Of a stretch of DNA of 64,000 bases, positions 49,197-58,103 are shown piece after piece (the stretch's first letter is position 1; the number at the start of each line of letters is the position of its first letter). The translations under genes and the position numbers were made by a program. The notes under the pieces were generated by a model that saw only the letters and a list, made by a program, of their open reading frames with translations, was not told where the DNA came from and searched no databases. The stretch comes from Thermodesulfobacteriota bacterium (lineage in GTDB: Bacteria; Desulfobacterota_D; UBA1144; Nemesobacterales; Nemesobacteraceae), in the NCBI GenBank assembly GCA_965204665.1, contig OZ242002.1:1497995-1561994 (forward strand), written 5' to 3'.

Positions 49197-50498
49197 CGGT
49201 ACACCCTCGAAACCTCCATATTCCCTGAGGCGGTGCTCAAGAAACCTTTTGTAGTTCTCCGGGATTCCCTTTGCCGAATTCGTGAAGACGGTAAACGTGG
49301 GCGGCATGGAAAAAGGTTGAGAGATGTAGAAAAACTTTATCTCCTTTTTTCTGTACACCGGGGGAGGGTGTTTTTTCGTCAACTCCTGCAGAAATCTGTT
49401 CAGTTTTCCTGTGGAGATTTTCTTTCTGAAGTTGATCTCGATTTTTTCAATAAGATCAAATATCCGTCCGACCCTTTTCCCCGTAAGACCCGAGACGGTG
49501 AGGACAGGAGCGTAATCTGATCCTTTGATTTTTTCCCTTACCGCCGCATCCACATGCTTCGGTTCTTTTATATCCTCAGGGGCCAGGTCCCATTTGTTGA
49601 GCAGTATTACGAGAGCCCTGTTTCTATCCCTTGTAAGTTCCGCGAGCCTTGAGTCCTGATGGGTCGGTCCGTCCTGCCCGTCTATGACGAGAAGTACTGT
49701 GTGAGCTCTTTCAATCGCTCTTATCGCGCGGAAGACGCTGTGTTTTTCAACAAGCGCCTCTATTTTCGATTTTTTCCTTATTCCCGCCGTATCAATAAAA
49801 ATGTATTTTTTCCCTTCTCTTTCAAAAACCGAGTCCACAGAGTCGCGCGTGGTGCCCGCAACGGGGCTTGTTATCAGCCTTTGTTCTCCGAGTATCTTGT
49901 TCACAAGAGTGGACTTGCCCACATTCGGTTTACCTATAACGGCCACTTTGGTGTATTCATCATCGGATTCTTCGGATAAGGGTTTATAGGTTCCTATGTT
50001 TTCAGTTATGCGTTCCAGAAGTTCATAAATGTTTCTGTTGTGAAGGGCGGAGACCGCAATCAGGTTCTCGACTCCTGAATCGTAGAATTGATAGGTTCCG
50101 AGCGTTTGGGATAAGTTTCCGCGGTCAATCTTGTTTATCGCGCAGATTACCTTGCGGTCTGTCCTCCGAAGGTAGCGCATTATCTCCGAATCCTGAGGCA
50201 TGATTCCGTCTTTTCCGTCGAAAAGCATCACCACAAGGTCAGCCTCCCGAAGTGCGATTTCTATCTGTTCTCTGATCGGCGGGTAGTTTTTGTCATCTTC
50301 GTTTAAGGAGAGTCCTCCCGTGTCAACCAGCGTAAATATCTTTTCCCTCCACAGAACATCTTCGTACACTCTGTCTCTTGTAACGCCCGGTACATCTTCG
50401 ACAATAGTCTTGTTCCACCCTATTATCCTGTTGAAAAGAGTGGACTTGCCCACATTCGGTCTTCCGACTACGGCGACTATCGGTTTATGTCCGGTCAT
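49155..50498 (-). CDS. der: Ribosome-biogenesis GTPase Der (EngA)
   Basis: Two tandem G-domains (GRPNVGKSTLFN, GKPNVGKSTLVN) plus a KH-like C-terminus. Confidence 0.9.
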   Translation of the reverse strand: MTGHKPIVAVVGRPNVGKSTLFNRIIGWNKTIVEDVPGVTRDRVYEDVLWREKIFTLVDTGGLSLNEDDKNYPPIREQIEIALREADLVVMLFDGKDGIMPQDSEIMRYLRRTDRKVICAINKIDRGNLSQTLGTYQFYDSGVENLIAVSALHNRNIYELLERITENIGTYKPLSEESDDEYTKVAVIGKPNVGKSTLVNKILGEQRLITSPVAGTTRDSVDSVFEREGKKYIFIDTAGIRKKSKIEALVEKHSVFRAIRAIERAHTVLLVIDGQDGPTHQDSRLAELTRDRNRALVILLNKWDLAPEDIKEPKHVDAAVREKIKGSDYAPVLTVSGLTGKRVGRIFDLIEKIEINFRKKISTGKLNRFLQELTKKHPPPVYRKKEIKFFYISQPFSMPPTFTVFTNSAKGIPENYKRFLEHRLREYGGFEGVPLRFFFRDREGRQV

Positions 50499-50516
50499 CC
50501 GACTGCTTGTCCGTTC

Positions 50517-53500
50517 TCAGAAATCGAAATTGTAGAAGAAATCCACTCCGGGGTTTTCTCCACCCATCTGACTCTGCAGGGAAAATCTTTTGTCTATCTT
50601 CCACTCAAGATTGACCTTGTTGCGCATCTGCGATGTTTGATCAAGTGAAGTTGCGGACGGCGACCTTTCATAACTCACGAATATGTCTTTTGTGAAGTGG
50701 GATCCGACCTCAAGCGTGCTGTCCTCAAGTCCCTGTTCACCCTCATGTATGTTCAGCACGCTGAGTCCGATCTCCGAACCTATAATTTCTGATATCCCGC
50801 CCGCGGCGACCGCCGTTGCAAATTTCCCCATAAAATCCCTCTGATTTGTGCGGAGGTCGTTACTGGCTCTGCCGAACACTATGTAGGAAACTATGTCTAT
50901 CTGCTCAAGAGGCGGACTGCTTGAAAAAGAAAGTTCAGGGGTTCTGAGATCTTCCGTGACATAAACATATATTTCTACATCGTCCGCGTCATAATAAGCG
51001 TTTACGTCAAGAGACGGGTTATCCGTCTCTCCGTTGAAAGTAAGCGTCGCGTCCTGTATGTCAAACAGCCTTCCGAACACCGTGTAATAACCTTCTCCCG
51101 ACACTATGTTGCCCTGCATCTCCATATCGGCTCCCGGCTGTTTTAAAAGTCTTACCTTTCCGTTTGTGTTGAAGTTGGCTTCTCTAGTCTTTATCCATGT
51201 CCCGGAAGGAATTCTGACCGAGATGTCGAGGGCGGTTTTCTCCCTGTAAAAACCTGTGTTGGAGCGTTCCTCAAGAGAGAACTCGTCTTCGTAGAGTAGT
51301 TGATTCCTGCCGGTGAATCTGATTTCCCGTATAGTCTTCGTTCTGCTTGGATAAAGGCGGATTCTCGCAGCGTCAATATCTATATCCCCCGTGATTTTCA
51401 AGAACTCGCTTTCTTTTTCAAGATGAATATTTCCGGAAATATTCGTCTTTATCGTGTGGGGGTTGAAGTATATGTTTTCTATGTCCGCGTCTGCAGAGAA
51501 AGTAAAGGATGCAATATCCAGTTCTCCCGCAAGCCGAGCCTTTCCGGTCTCCGATATAATTTCCGTTTTTCCGAGCTGCACCTGCTTCCCGTTAAACAAA
51601 AACTGCGCTCGGCGGGCGGAGAAACTGTTTCTTAGCTGGTTAACCCCGATCTCGAAATTTCTTATCTCTGCTTTTCCTGTTATCAGCGGTTCAAGAAAAG
51701 AGCCTGAGAGAGAAATGTTCTCCGTATAAACCGACCCTTCTATTTTTTTAATGGAACCTGAAAAAATCTTCGCGAATCCGATACTGTGCCCGACCGAGGA
51801 AAGTTCAAGTTCCAACTCGGCGCTCTTGACCCACTCCATCAAATCACTTTTGTCCTGTGAAAACTCGAGGTTTCCTTTTACATCAATTGTCCGTTTGTCA
51901 TTTTCAAATGCCTCAAGTTCAAGGTAAAGCCTTCCGTCTGTTCCGCGTAGTCTCGCAACGGCCCGCTCGGCGACCGGCACGCCGTAAGAAAGATCATATG
52001 AAAAAAGCTCAATATCAGATGAAATGGCGCGAAGCGGTCCGCTGATTTCAATTCTTCCACTCACGACGCCGTTGAGATCATGAGAGAAGTTAAGGGACCT
52101 TGAAAGGATAAGAGGATCCAGGTTCTCAATGTCCGCGTGCAGAGCGACATACCTGTCCGCTGTGTTGTTTACCTCACCTGAATAACCGGAGACGGCCCCA
52201 CCTGCGTATACAAACCTCTCTCCTGAAAAAATTGTTTTCATAGGTGATACATAGATGGTGATGTCTCCCTCGCTTTTCAATTCTTTTTCATGCACGAGGC
52301 CGGAGAGATTCGCTACGGTGATTTTTTTCTTGTCGGAAAACAGATTTTCCGCCGCGATCTCTCCTGAAACGAAGGAACCGTCTTCTTTGGTCAGATTGAT
52401 TTCTATTTCCGAGAGATTGTCCGTCTTCCTGAATTTGGCTTTGAGAGCGTCTGCGGAGTTGCCGAATACGCTCGCCTTTTCCGCCAGAACATCAATGTCT
52501 GCGACGGCAATGGAGATTTTTTTTGCGTTTACTCGCGTATGTAGACGCACAGCCGCTTTTTTTGCGAAGATGTCTTGTCTGTAGGAGAAGTTCTCTATTT
52601 CCGCCGTCGCCTCGAGGAGTGGAGAAAAAACCGTTCCGCTTAACTTGCCGCTTGATCTTATCATCCCCGAAACCTCGGATTCAATACCGAACACGGACAG
52701 AAAACCGGGTTTTTTTGAAATAAATTCAAAAGAGCAGTCAAGCGGTTCTTCCGCGTCTTCTCTTCTTCTGGCGGAAAAAGAAAACTCCTGTGAAGCAACG
52801 AAACCTTCTTTTACTGTGATCACGCCGTTTTTTATCTCCGCGTTGATTCGGGAACTGAAATCAGTCATCCCGAAAAGTGTGTCCGAAGCCAACCCCGAAT
52901 CTATTCTGATGTCTGCGGTTTCGATAAAACGGGTTCCTTCTGCAAGGGATACGGAAAGAGCCCCCTCTCCATTGAGACGGCCGCCGAACTGTTTTCCTCC
53001 GATCTCCGATTCAAAGGCAAAACCGCTAGCGCGTGAAGAAATATCTATATCTCTGTGACCGTTCGTGAAGGTCGAACTTCCCTTGAGTTCGAGTGTTCCT
53101 TCCGCATCGTCGCTTATCTTGAACCGGTCTGATTCAATTCGCAACGAATACGTCCGCCTGTTCTGCCAACTGCCGTCAAGCACTAAGTCCGCGTTCAACG
53201 CGGCGCCGTCTCCGAGTGCCAGAGGGTAGGGGAAACGGTTGATCATCTTTATGTTCTTTTCCGCTTCCGGACTTCTAAGAACCGCAGAAATATTGAAAAA
53301 ATTCTTCTGTTCCTTTGCGAGCCATTTTCTGAGATTTACCTCTCCGCTGAACTCGGATTCTAGAGAATTTCTCCGCGCCTTACCCCTGATAACAGCCCTT
53401 GTTCCTCTGATCGTCACAGGTTCAAACTCTACCAAAAGATCTTCTTCGTACAGAGATGAACCTGCCGCCGAGACCTGCACGGCGCCCTCAAGGTCGTCAA

Positions 53501-54335
53501 GGGAGTGCATATTAACCTTGGTTTCCGCCTTGATGTTTATTTCCGCTGCGGATCCCAACTGCAGGGAATCAAGGTAGACGGTCATATCGAATTCCGGTTT
53601 TTTCAGATTACGGATGATGCCGTCTCCCCTCAGCGGTACTCCTTCGAGAGAAAAACCGGAGTCGGAAAACATGCAGTTCCAGGACTCGAAGTCTATTTTC
53701 CCCCGCAGGTTTCTTATTCTGATTTCCGGAGAAACATAGTTGAAGTTTATGTTCTCCGCCGTAAGTTCAACTCTTTTCTTGAGTTCCACTATGCTTAAAG
53801 AGAACACGGACTCTCCTACGAGGTCGAACTCCCATTTTCTTTCTCTCTGCCGGTCAGCCAGCAAAACGCGGGAATTGCGGATTGCCGTATCCGAAAAAAC
53901 AACGGTTGTTCTTATGCGGTCCGGTTTTTCGGGCTCCTTTTCACTCTCCGCTCTTTTCAGTTTCTTGAAATTCCAGACCCCCGCCTTGTCTTTTTCAAGC
54001 AGTAGATCCAACCCGTCTATTTCGGTATCTGAAAGGTAAAGTTTTTTCCCGAAGACAAGAGATGAAATTAAGTTGACGGAATAAGTTGTCGTGAGTCTCT
54101 CTATGGTCAGAAATTGTTCTCCCGCTATTTTTACTTCAACATCTTTCATCCTGAGTTTGGGAAAAACCTCCATGTCCCCAATATTGATTTCGAAATTCGG
54201 GATAAAACTCAGACTGCGCTCCAGTAGATTTTTCATGTAACGACTGCTTGTTTCGGTTTTTGAGAACAGGAATATTCCGAGTACAAGAACAGAAACTACT
54301 GTCATCACGATAAAAAAACCGGTTTTTCTTTCCAT
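50517..54335 (-). CDS. TamB/AsmA-like (DUF490) translocation and assembly module protein
   Basis: N-terminal TM anchor, >1200 aa of beta-rich repeats, DUF490-like C-terminus ending ...FFYNFDF. ATG at 54335 (MERKTGFF) is preferred over the GTG at 54410. Confidence 0.7.
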   Translation of the reverse strand: MERKTGFFIVMTVVSVLVLGIFLFSKTETSSRYMKNLLERSLSFIPNFEINIGDMEVFPKLRMKDVEVKIAGEQFLTIERLTTTYSVNLISSLVFGKKLYLSDTEIDGLDLLLEKDKAGVWNFKKLKRAESEKEPEKPDRIRTTVVFSDTAIRNSRVLLADRQRERKWEFDLVGESVFSLSIVELKKRVELTAENINFNYVSPEIRIRNLRGKIDFESWNCMFSDSGFSLEGVPLRGDGIIRNLKKPEFDMTVYLDSLQLGSAAEINIKAETKVNMHSLDDLEGAVQVSAAGSSLYEEDLLVEFEPVTIRGTRAVIRGKARRNSLESEFSGEVNLRKWLAKEQKNFFNISAVLRSPEAEKNIKMINRFPYPLALGDGAALNADLVLDGSWQNRRTYSLRIESDRFKISDDAEGTLELKGSSTFTNGHRDIDISSRASGFAFESEIGGKQFGGRLNGEGALSVSLAEGTRFIETADIRIDSGLASDTLFGMTDFSSRINAEIKNGVITVKEGFVASQEFSFSARRREDAEEPLDCSFEFISKKPGFLSVFGIESEVSGMIRSSGKLSGTVFSPLLEATAEIENFSYRQDIFAKKAAVRLHTRVNAKKISIAVADIDVLAEKASVFGNSADALKAKFRKTDNLSEIEINLTKEDGSFVSGEIAAENLFSDKKKITVANLSGLVHEKELKSEGDITIYVSPMKTIFSGERFVYAGGAVSGYSGEVNNTADRYVALHADIENLDPLILSRSLNFSHDLNGVVSGRIEISGPLRAISSDIELFSYDLSYGVPVAERAVARLRGTDGRLYLELEAFENDKRTIDVKGNLEFSQDKSDLMEWVKSAELELELSSVGHSIGFAKIFSGSIKKIEGSVYTENISLSGSFLEPLITGKAEIRNFEIGVNQLRNSFSARRAQFLFNGKQVQLGKTEIISETGKARLAGELDIASFTFSADADIENIYFNPHTIKTNISGNIHLEKESEFLKITGDIDIDAARIRLYPSRTKTIREIRFTGRNQLLYEDEFSLEERSNTGFYREKTALDISVRIPSGTWIKTREANFNTNGKVRLLKQPGADMEMQGNIVSGEGYYTVFGRLFDIQDATLTFNGETDNPSLDVNAYYDADDVEIYVYVTEDLRTPELSFSSSPPLEQIDIVSYIVFGRASNDLRTNQRDFMGKFATAVAAGGISEIIGSEIGLSVLNIHEGEQGLEDSTLEVGSHFTKDIFVSYERSPSATSLDQTSQMRNKVNLEWKIDKRFSLQSQMGGENPGVDFFYNFDF

Positions 54336-54561
54336 TTTGCTGTTTTTTGACTTTGGACGAGTCTTTATTTTTTCGGCTCTCGGTAGTTGCGGGATGTGGA
54401 TTTTGTGCACCCCTCTATTCTACTTGACGGAAAAAGATACGCGTTTCTATATTCAGACTTTCTGACCCGGCACAATTTGAATGAACCATTTTTATGGTGT
54501 CCATGGGAGTTCGTAAACAAGTCAGAGATCGGCCCCCGGATAGACTGATTATGCGAGTTTA

Positions 54562-54599
54562 TAACCGTTCGGTCAAGGTGTGGCAGATTGGGAGGTTTC
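54562..54599 (+). repeat. Conserved non-coding motif, copy B
   Basis: taaccgttcggtcaaggtgtggcagattgggaggtttc, compared with copy A at 2706-2743. Confidence 0.5.
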
Positions 54600-54629
54600 A
54601 GATTCCTTTGAAACGGTCGTAATCAGATG

Positions 54630-54714
54630 AGACTGTGAAAATATTCTGAGGTTCTGCATTGTTCAGCGTAGACCTTGGAACCGAGATGTTTTTACAGAAT
54701 CTGATTTGTCCCCA
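54630..54714 (-). repeat. Inverted copy of Fic-gene 5' module (MQNLRIFSQS...), truncated
   Basis: Reverse complement matches 40745-40829 and 56469-56538. Confidence 0.7.
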
Positions 54715-54722
54715 TTTCCCCG

Positions 54723-54747
54723 TAACCGTTCGGTCAAGGTGCAGGCG
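54723..54747 (+). repeat. Conserved non-coding motif, partial copy C
   Basis: gtaaccgttcggtcaaggtgcaggcg. Confidence 0.4.
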
Positions 54748-54821
54748 TACGAATGTTTTCAGCGGTTGCGGATTCGCTTCCTCAAAATGAGTTGTCAATT
54801 CCTCATCTTGAAACAGAGTGC

Positions 54822-54848
54822 TTGACTTCAGTCGGGGGGGGGTAAAAT
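54822..54848 (+). promoter_or_regulatory. Sigma70-like promoter with poly-G(9) spacer tract upstream of paralog 3
   Basis: TTGACT - tcagtc + G9 (15 nt spacer) - TAAAAT. AAGGAG RBS 8 nt before the ATG at 54907. Confidence 0.6.
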
Positions 54849-54906
54849 CAAAAACATGTTCATAGAGACTATGTACAAACAAAATATATTTTAAGGAGTT
54901 TATGTC

Positions 54907-56334
54907 ATGAGATTACGTAATTTCTTAGTGATGTTGTTTCTGCTCGGCGGCGCGGTTTTCTTTGCTGCCTGTGAAGGGGATATGGGTCCGGCGGGTCCGA
55001 AAGGAGATAAGGGCGACCCGGGAACACCGGGACCGGCAGGACCTCCAGGAGCACAAGGACCGGCGGGACCCTCGGGCGATGTCTCCGGTGATCCCAGATG
55101 CGATGTAGGTAACGGCATAGATTCGACTAAAGGCCAACGGGTGATCCAGGGAACCGATGGTGACGATGTCATCTGCGGGAATAATACCGTCAACGACATT
55201 AAAGCCGGTGATGGTGACGACATTGTCTACGGTGCAGGAGCCGACGATGATATATACGGTGAGAAAGGTGACGACACTCTCTACGGAGAAAACGGACAGG
55301 ACTTTATTCGGGGTGGAGAAGGTAACGATGTTCTCTACGGTAACGGTGAGAACGACGATGTCTATGGCGGCCCCGGAAATGATAAACTCTACGGCGGAGA
55401 AAGAACTGATTTCTTCTTCATCGCGGACCCGGGAGACGATACGTTCGACGGCGGTCCCGGTCCGGATATGTTAATTTTTTCCGGTCCTACTCCTAATAAC
55501 GGCGGTAATATACCGGAAACCACGCGGAATGTGGCTCTTACTTTCGACCTCCGTTCAAAAACCCACACGCACGCCACGTTCGGGACTGATGCATTTGAGA
55601 GTATCGAGGATATTGCGGGCAGTAGAGGTAACGATCATATTACAGGAGACGACGGGGACAATGTTTTACTGGGATGGTACGGTACGGACACTCTGATAGG
55701 CGGCAAGGGAGATGATACGATCGAACCCTCTCCTCTTAAATTTAATAACGGCTTTGCAGGTACAGCAGACGGCGGTGAAGGCAACGATACTCTTGTAGTG
55801 TACGGAGGTATGTATGTAATCCAGGGCAACACCTACACGGTGGACGGCACCGGGCACAGAAACGAATTCGATCTTGAAGACAGCAGTCATACTTCCACTA
55901 TGTCCAACTTCGAGAACCTTTCAGCCGTACTGAGAAGTTTCAGAACTCCTCGTAGTTCATCTGTTACTTTCAAAGGGGACTCCAAGGCTAATATTCTCAC
56001 GGGCGGAAACGCCGCAGACACTCTTGAAGGTAGAGGAGGGAACGATACTCTGATAGGCGGCAAAGGCGCCGACAACCTTACCGGCGGAGCCGGAAACGAC
56101 ACTTTCCTCATCGGAAAAGCCGACGGCGGTGTGGATATCATTAAGGATTTCACATTGGCGGACGACAAGATTCAGTTCAGCGGCTTCGCAGCGGGGGCCA
56201 GAGCGTTGACCAACGCTGCCGGCAAGATTTCCGTAGGAGGAGTTGAAGTTGTTGAGATACAGGTAAGCAACTCGGCAAACAACGAACTAGCGGGGAATAT
56301 CATCAGCCGGAACAAGTATGAGTTCGTAGACTGA
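54907..56334 (+). CDS. Lipoprotein with collagen-like Gly-X-Y repeats and RTX calcium-binding repeats, paralog 3
   Basis: MRLRNFLVMLFLLGGAVFFAACEGDMGPAGPKGDKGDPGTPGPAGPPGAQGPAGPSG..., then GGxGxD repeats. Its C-terminal region is about 90% identical to paralog 1. Confidence 0.85.
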   Translation: MRLRNFLVMLFLLGGAVFFAACEGDMGPAGPKGDKGDPGTPGPAGPPGAQGPAGPSGDVSGDPRCDVGNGIDSTKGQRVIQGTDGDDVICGNNTVNDIKAGDGDDIVYGAGADDDIYGEKGDDTLYGENGQDFIRGGEGNDVLYGNGENDDVYGGPGNDKLYGGERTDFFFIADPGDDTFDGGPGPDMLIFSGPTPNNGGNIPETTRNVALTFDLRSKTHTHATFGTDAFESIEDIAGSRGNDHITGDDGDNVLLGWYGTDTLIGGKGDDTIEPSPLKFNNGFAGTADGGEGNDTLVVYGGMYVIQGNTYTVDGTGHRNEFDLEDSSHTSTMSNFENLSAVLRSFRTPRSSSVTFKGDSKANILTGGNAADTLEGRGGNDTLIGGKGADNLTGGAGNDTFLIGKADGGVDIIKDFTLADDKIQFSGFAAGARALTNAAGKISVGGVEVVEIQVSNSANNELAGNIISRNKYEFVD

Positions 56335-56388
56335 ATCAGGTGAAGTTGTTTTCATAAAAGAAGCAGCCTCGCCCCATATTCGGCAAGA

Positions 56389-56424
56389 GAAACCCGGGTC
56401 TCAAGAGATTGAGGTCCGGGTTTC
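56389..56424 (+). terminator. Hairpin terminator after paralog 3
   Basis: gaaacccgggtctcaa-gag-attgaggtccgggtttc. This is the homologous position to 7707-7740. Confidence 0.5.
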
Positions 56425-56468
56425 TGCAGTAAAGGGAAAACCTTGATTCAGACAGGGCGAAAGAGACC

Positions 56469-56538
56469 GTAAAAACATCTCGTTTCTGAGATCTATGCTG
56501 AACAATGCAGAACCTCAGAATACTTTCACAGTCTCAAA
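56469..56538 (+). repeat. Fic-gene 5' module (promoter + start of ORF), full copy leading into the Fic pseudogene
   Basis: gtaaaaacatctcgtttctgagatctATGctgaacaATGcagaacctcagaatactttcacagtctca. Confidence 0.7.
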
Positions 56539-57508
56539 TCGGGAAAACACAAACTGCGGGACAATCCGCCGGCACTTATGCCAGGCGTATACTCAATCGG
56601 TTGCTGATTGATCTTGCGTGGAATTCCAGTCGTCTGGAAGGGAATACATACTCATTGATCGACACTGGGAGACTGATAGAATTCGGTGAAGAAGCGGCGG
56701 GAAGGAACCATACTGAAACGCAGATGATCCTTAACCACAAGGATGCAATTGAATTTCTGGTCGACTACGCCGACAAAATCGACTTCAACAGACACTCGAT
56801 ATGTAATCTGCATGCATTGCTGTCAAATAACCTGCTGGCGAATCGTGCGGCATCCGGACGCTTGCGTAGTATCGCCGTCGGCATCGGAGAGTCGGCTCTC
56901 CACCACTTGAGATACTGCAACTGATTGAAGAATGCTTTGCGCAGATACTGTCCAAAGCGGCCGGGATCGGGGACCCGTTCGAGCAGGCATTTTCCGTATT
57001 GGTTCACATACCCTATCTGCAGCCTTTCGAAGATGTGAACAAGCGTGTTTCGTGCCTAGCGGCCAACATTCCTCTGATTCGCAATAATTTCGTGCCGTTG
57101 TCTTTCACGGATGTTCCGAAGGATGCTTATACAGAAGCCGCCCTCGGGGTATATGAACTGAATGATGTCGCGTTGCTCAAAGATGTCTTCTTGCGGGCCT
57201 ATGAACGGTCAGCGGCAAAACATATCTCTGTCCAGCGGGCACTGGGAGAACCGGATGTCTTTCGTCTCAAATATCGGACCGAATTGCGTGAGATAATAGC
57301 CGAGTTGATTCGAACTGGAACCGGGCGTGCGCAAGTCACAGCTGAAATCGTACAGTGGGCGGAGAACAGAATCAGGCTTGATGACCGCGATGCGTTCGTG
57401 GAAGTCGTCGAGGAGGAACTCATAGAACTGCATGAAGGAAATTTTGCACGCTACAAGGTGCTGTTATCCGAATATGTTGCATGGAAGGATGTATGGACCG
57501 CGAAGTAA
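56505..57508 (+). pseudogene. Fic/DOC-family protein with degenerate active-site motif and a frameshift
   Basis: N-terminal LIDLAWNSSRLEGNTYSL (Fic_N-like) in frame 0 stops at 56924. Frame 2 is open from 56870 and carries ...DPFEQAFSVLVHIPYLQPFEDVNKR, i.e. HPFx(D/E)GNGR degraded to QPFEDVNKR. Confidence 0.55.
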
Positions 57509-58103
57509 GAAAATCGTTAGAGGTGTGTTTGACGATTGCAAGTAGGTTTCAGGCAATAAACCGAGAAGGTTTAGATTTACCGGAAGTGAAGTAGTGGGGG
57601 GGGGCCGATGCTTGTGTTGAAAAACTCATACCCGCTGAGTATTATTTGAAGAAAGGGAAGGCAATCCCGCAGCATAAGGATGGAGTAAAGGCGATGACGA
57701 TTTGTAAGTACGACATGGAAAGATTACCGCGGTCATCGTGATGCCGATGTGTCGAGTCTTCCTTTCATTTCAAAATGCCCTTTGTTTCAAGACTCGGACT
57801 TTCTGACATGACTTTTCAGGTCAACTATTAGACGGGTCGCGGAAGTCGTTGTTTTTCCAACATTTATTTGCGCTGAACTGTAGGTGCGGGTGGACCGGCA
57901 TATGACAGTCGCTGATGCCCGCTACAGACTTAAGTCCATCCACCCGATAATCATTGCATGATGAAACACCGGGTGCGGTTTCGTCATGAAAATGGTTCAT
58001 CAATTTAGGTTGTATCGGGTCGGAAAGTCTGATATCGGCCTGAGCATTTTTTCAGGAATCGGCTACTATAATCATTTATGACTGAGCGCGGAGGTTTTTA
58101 CGT

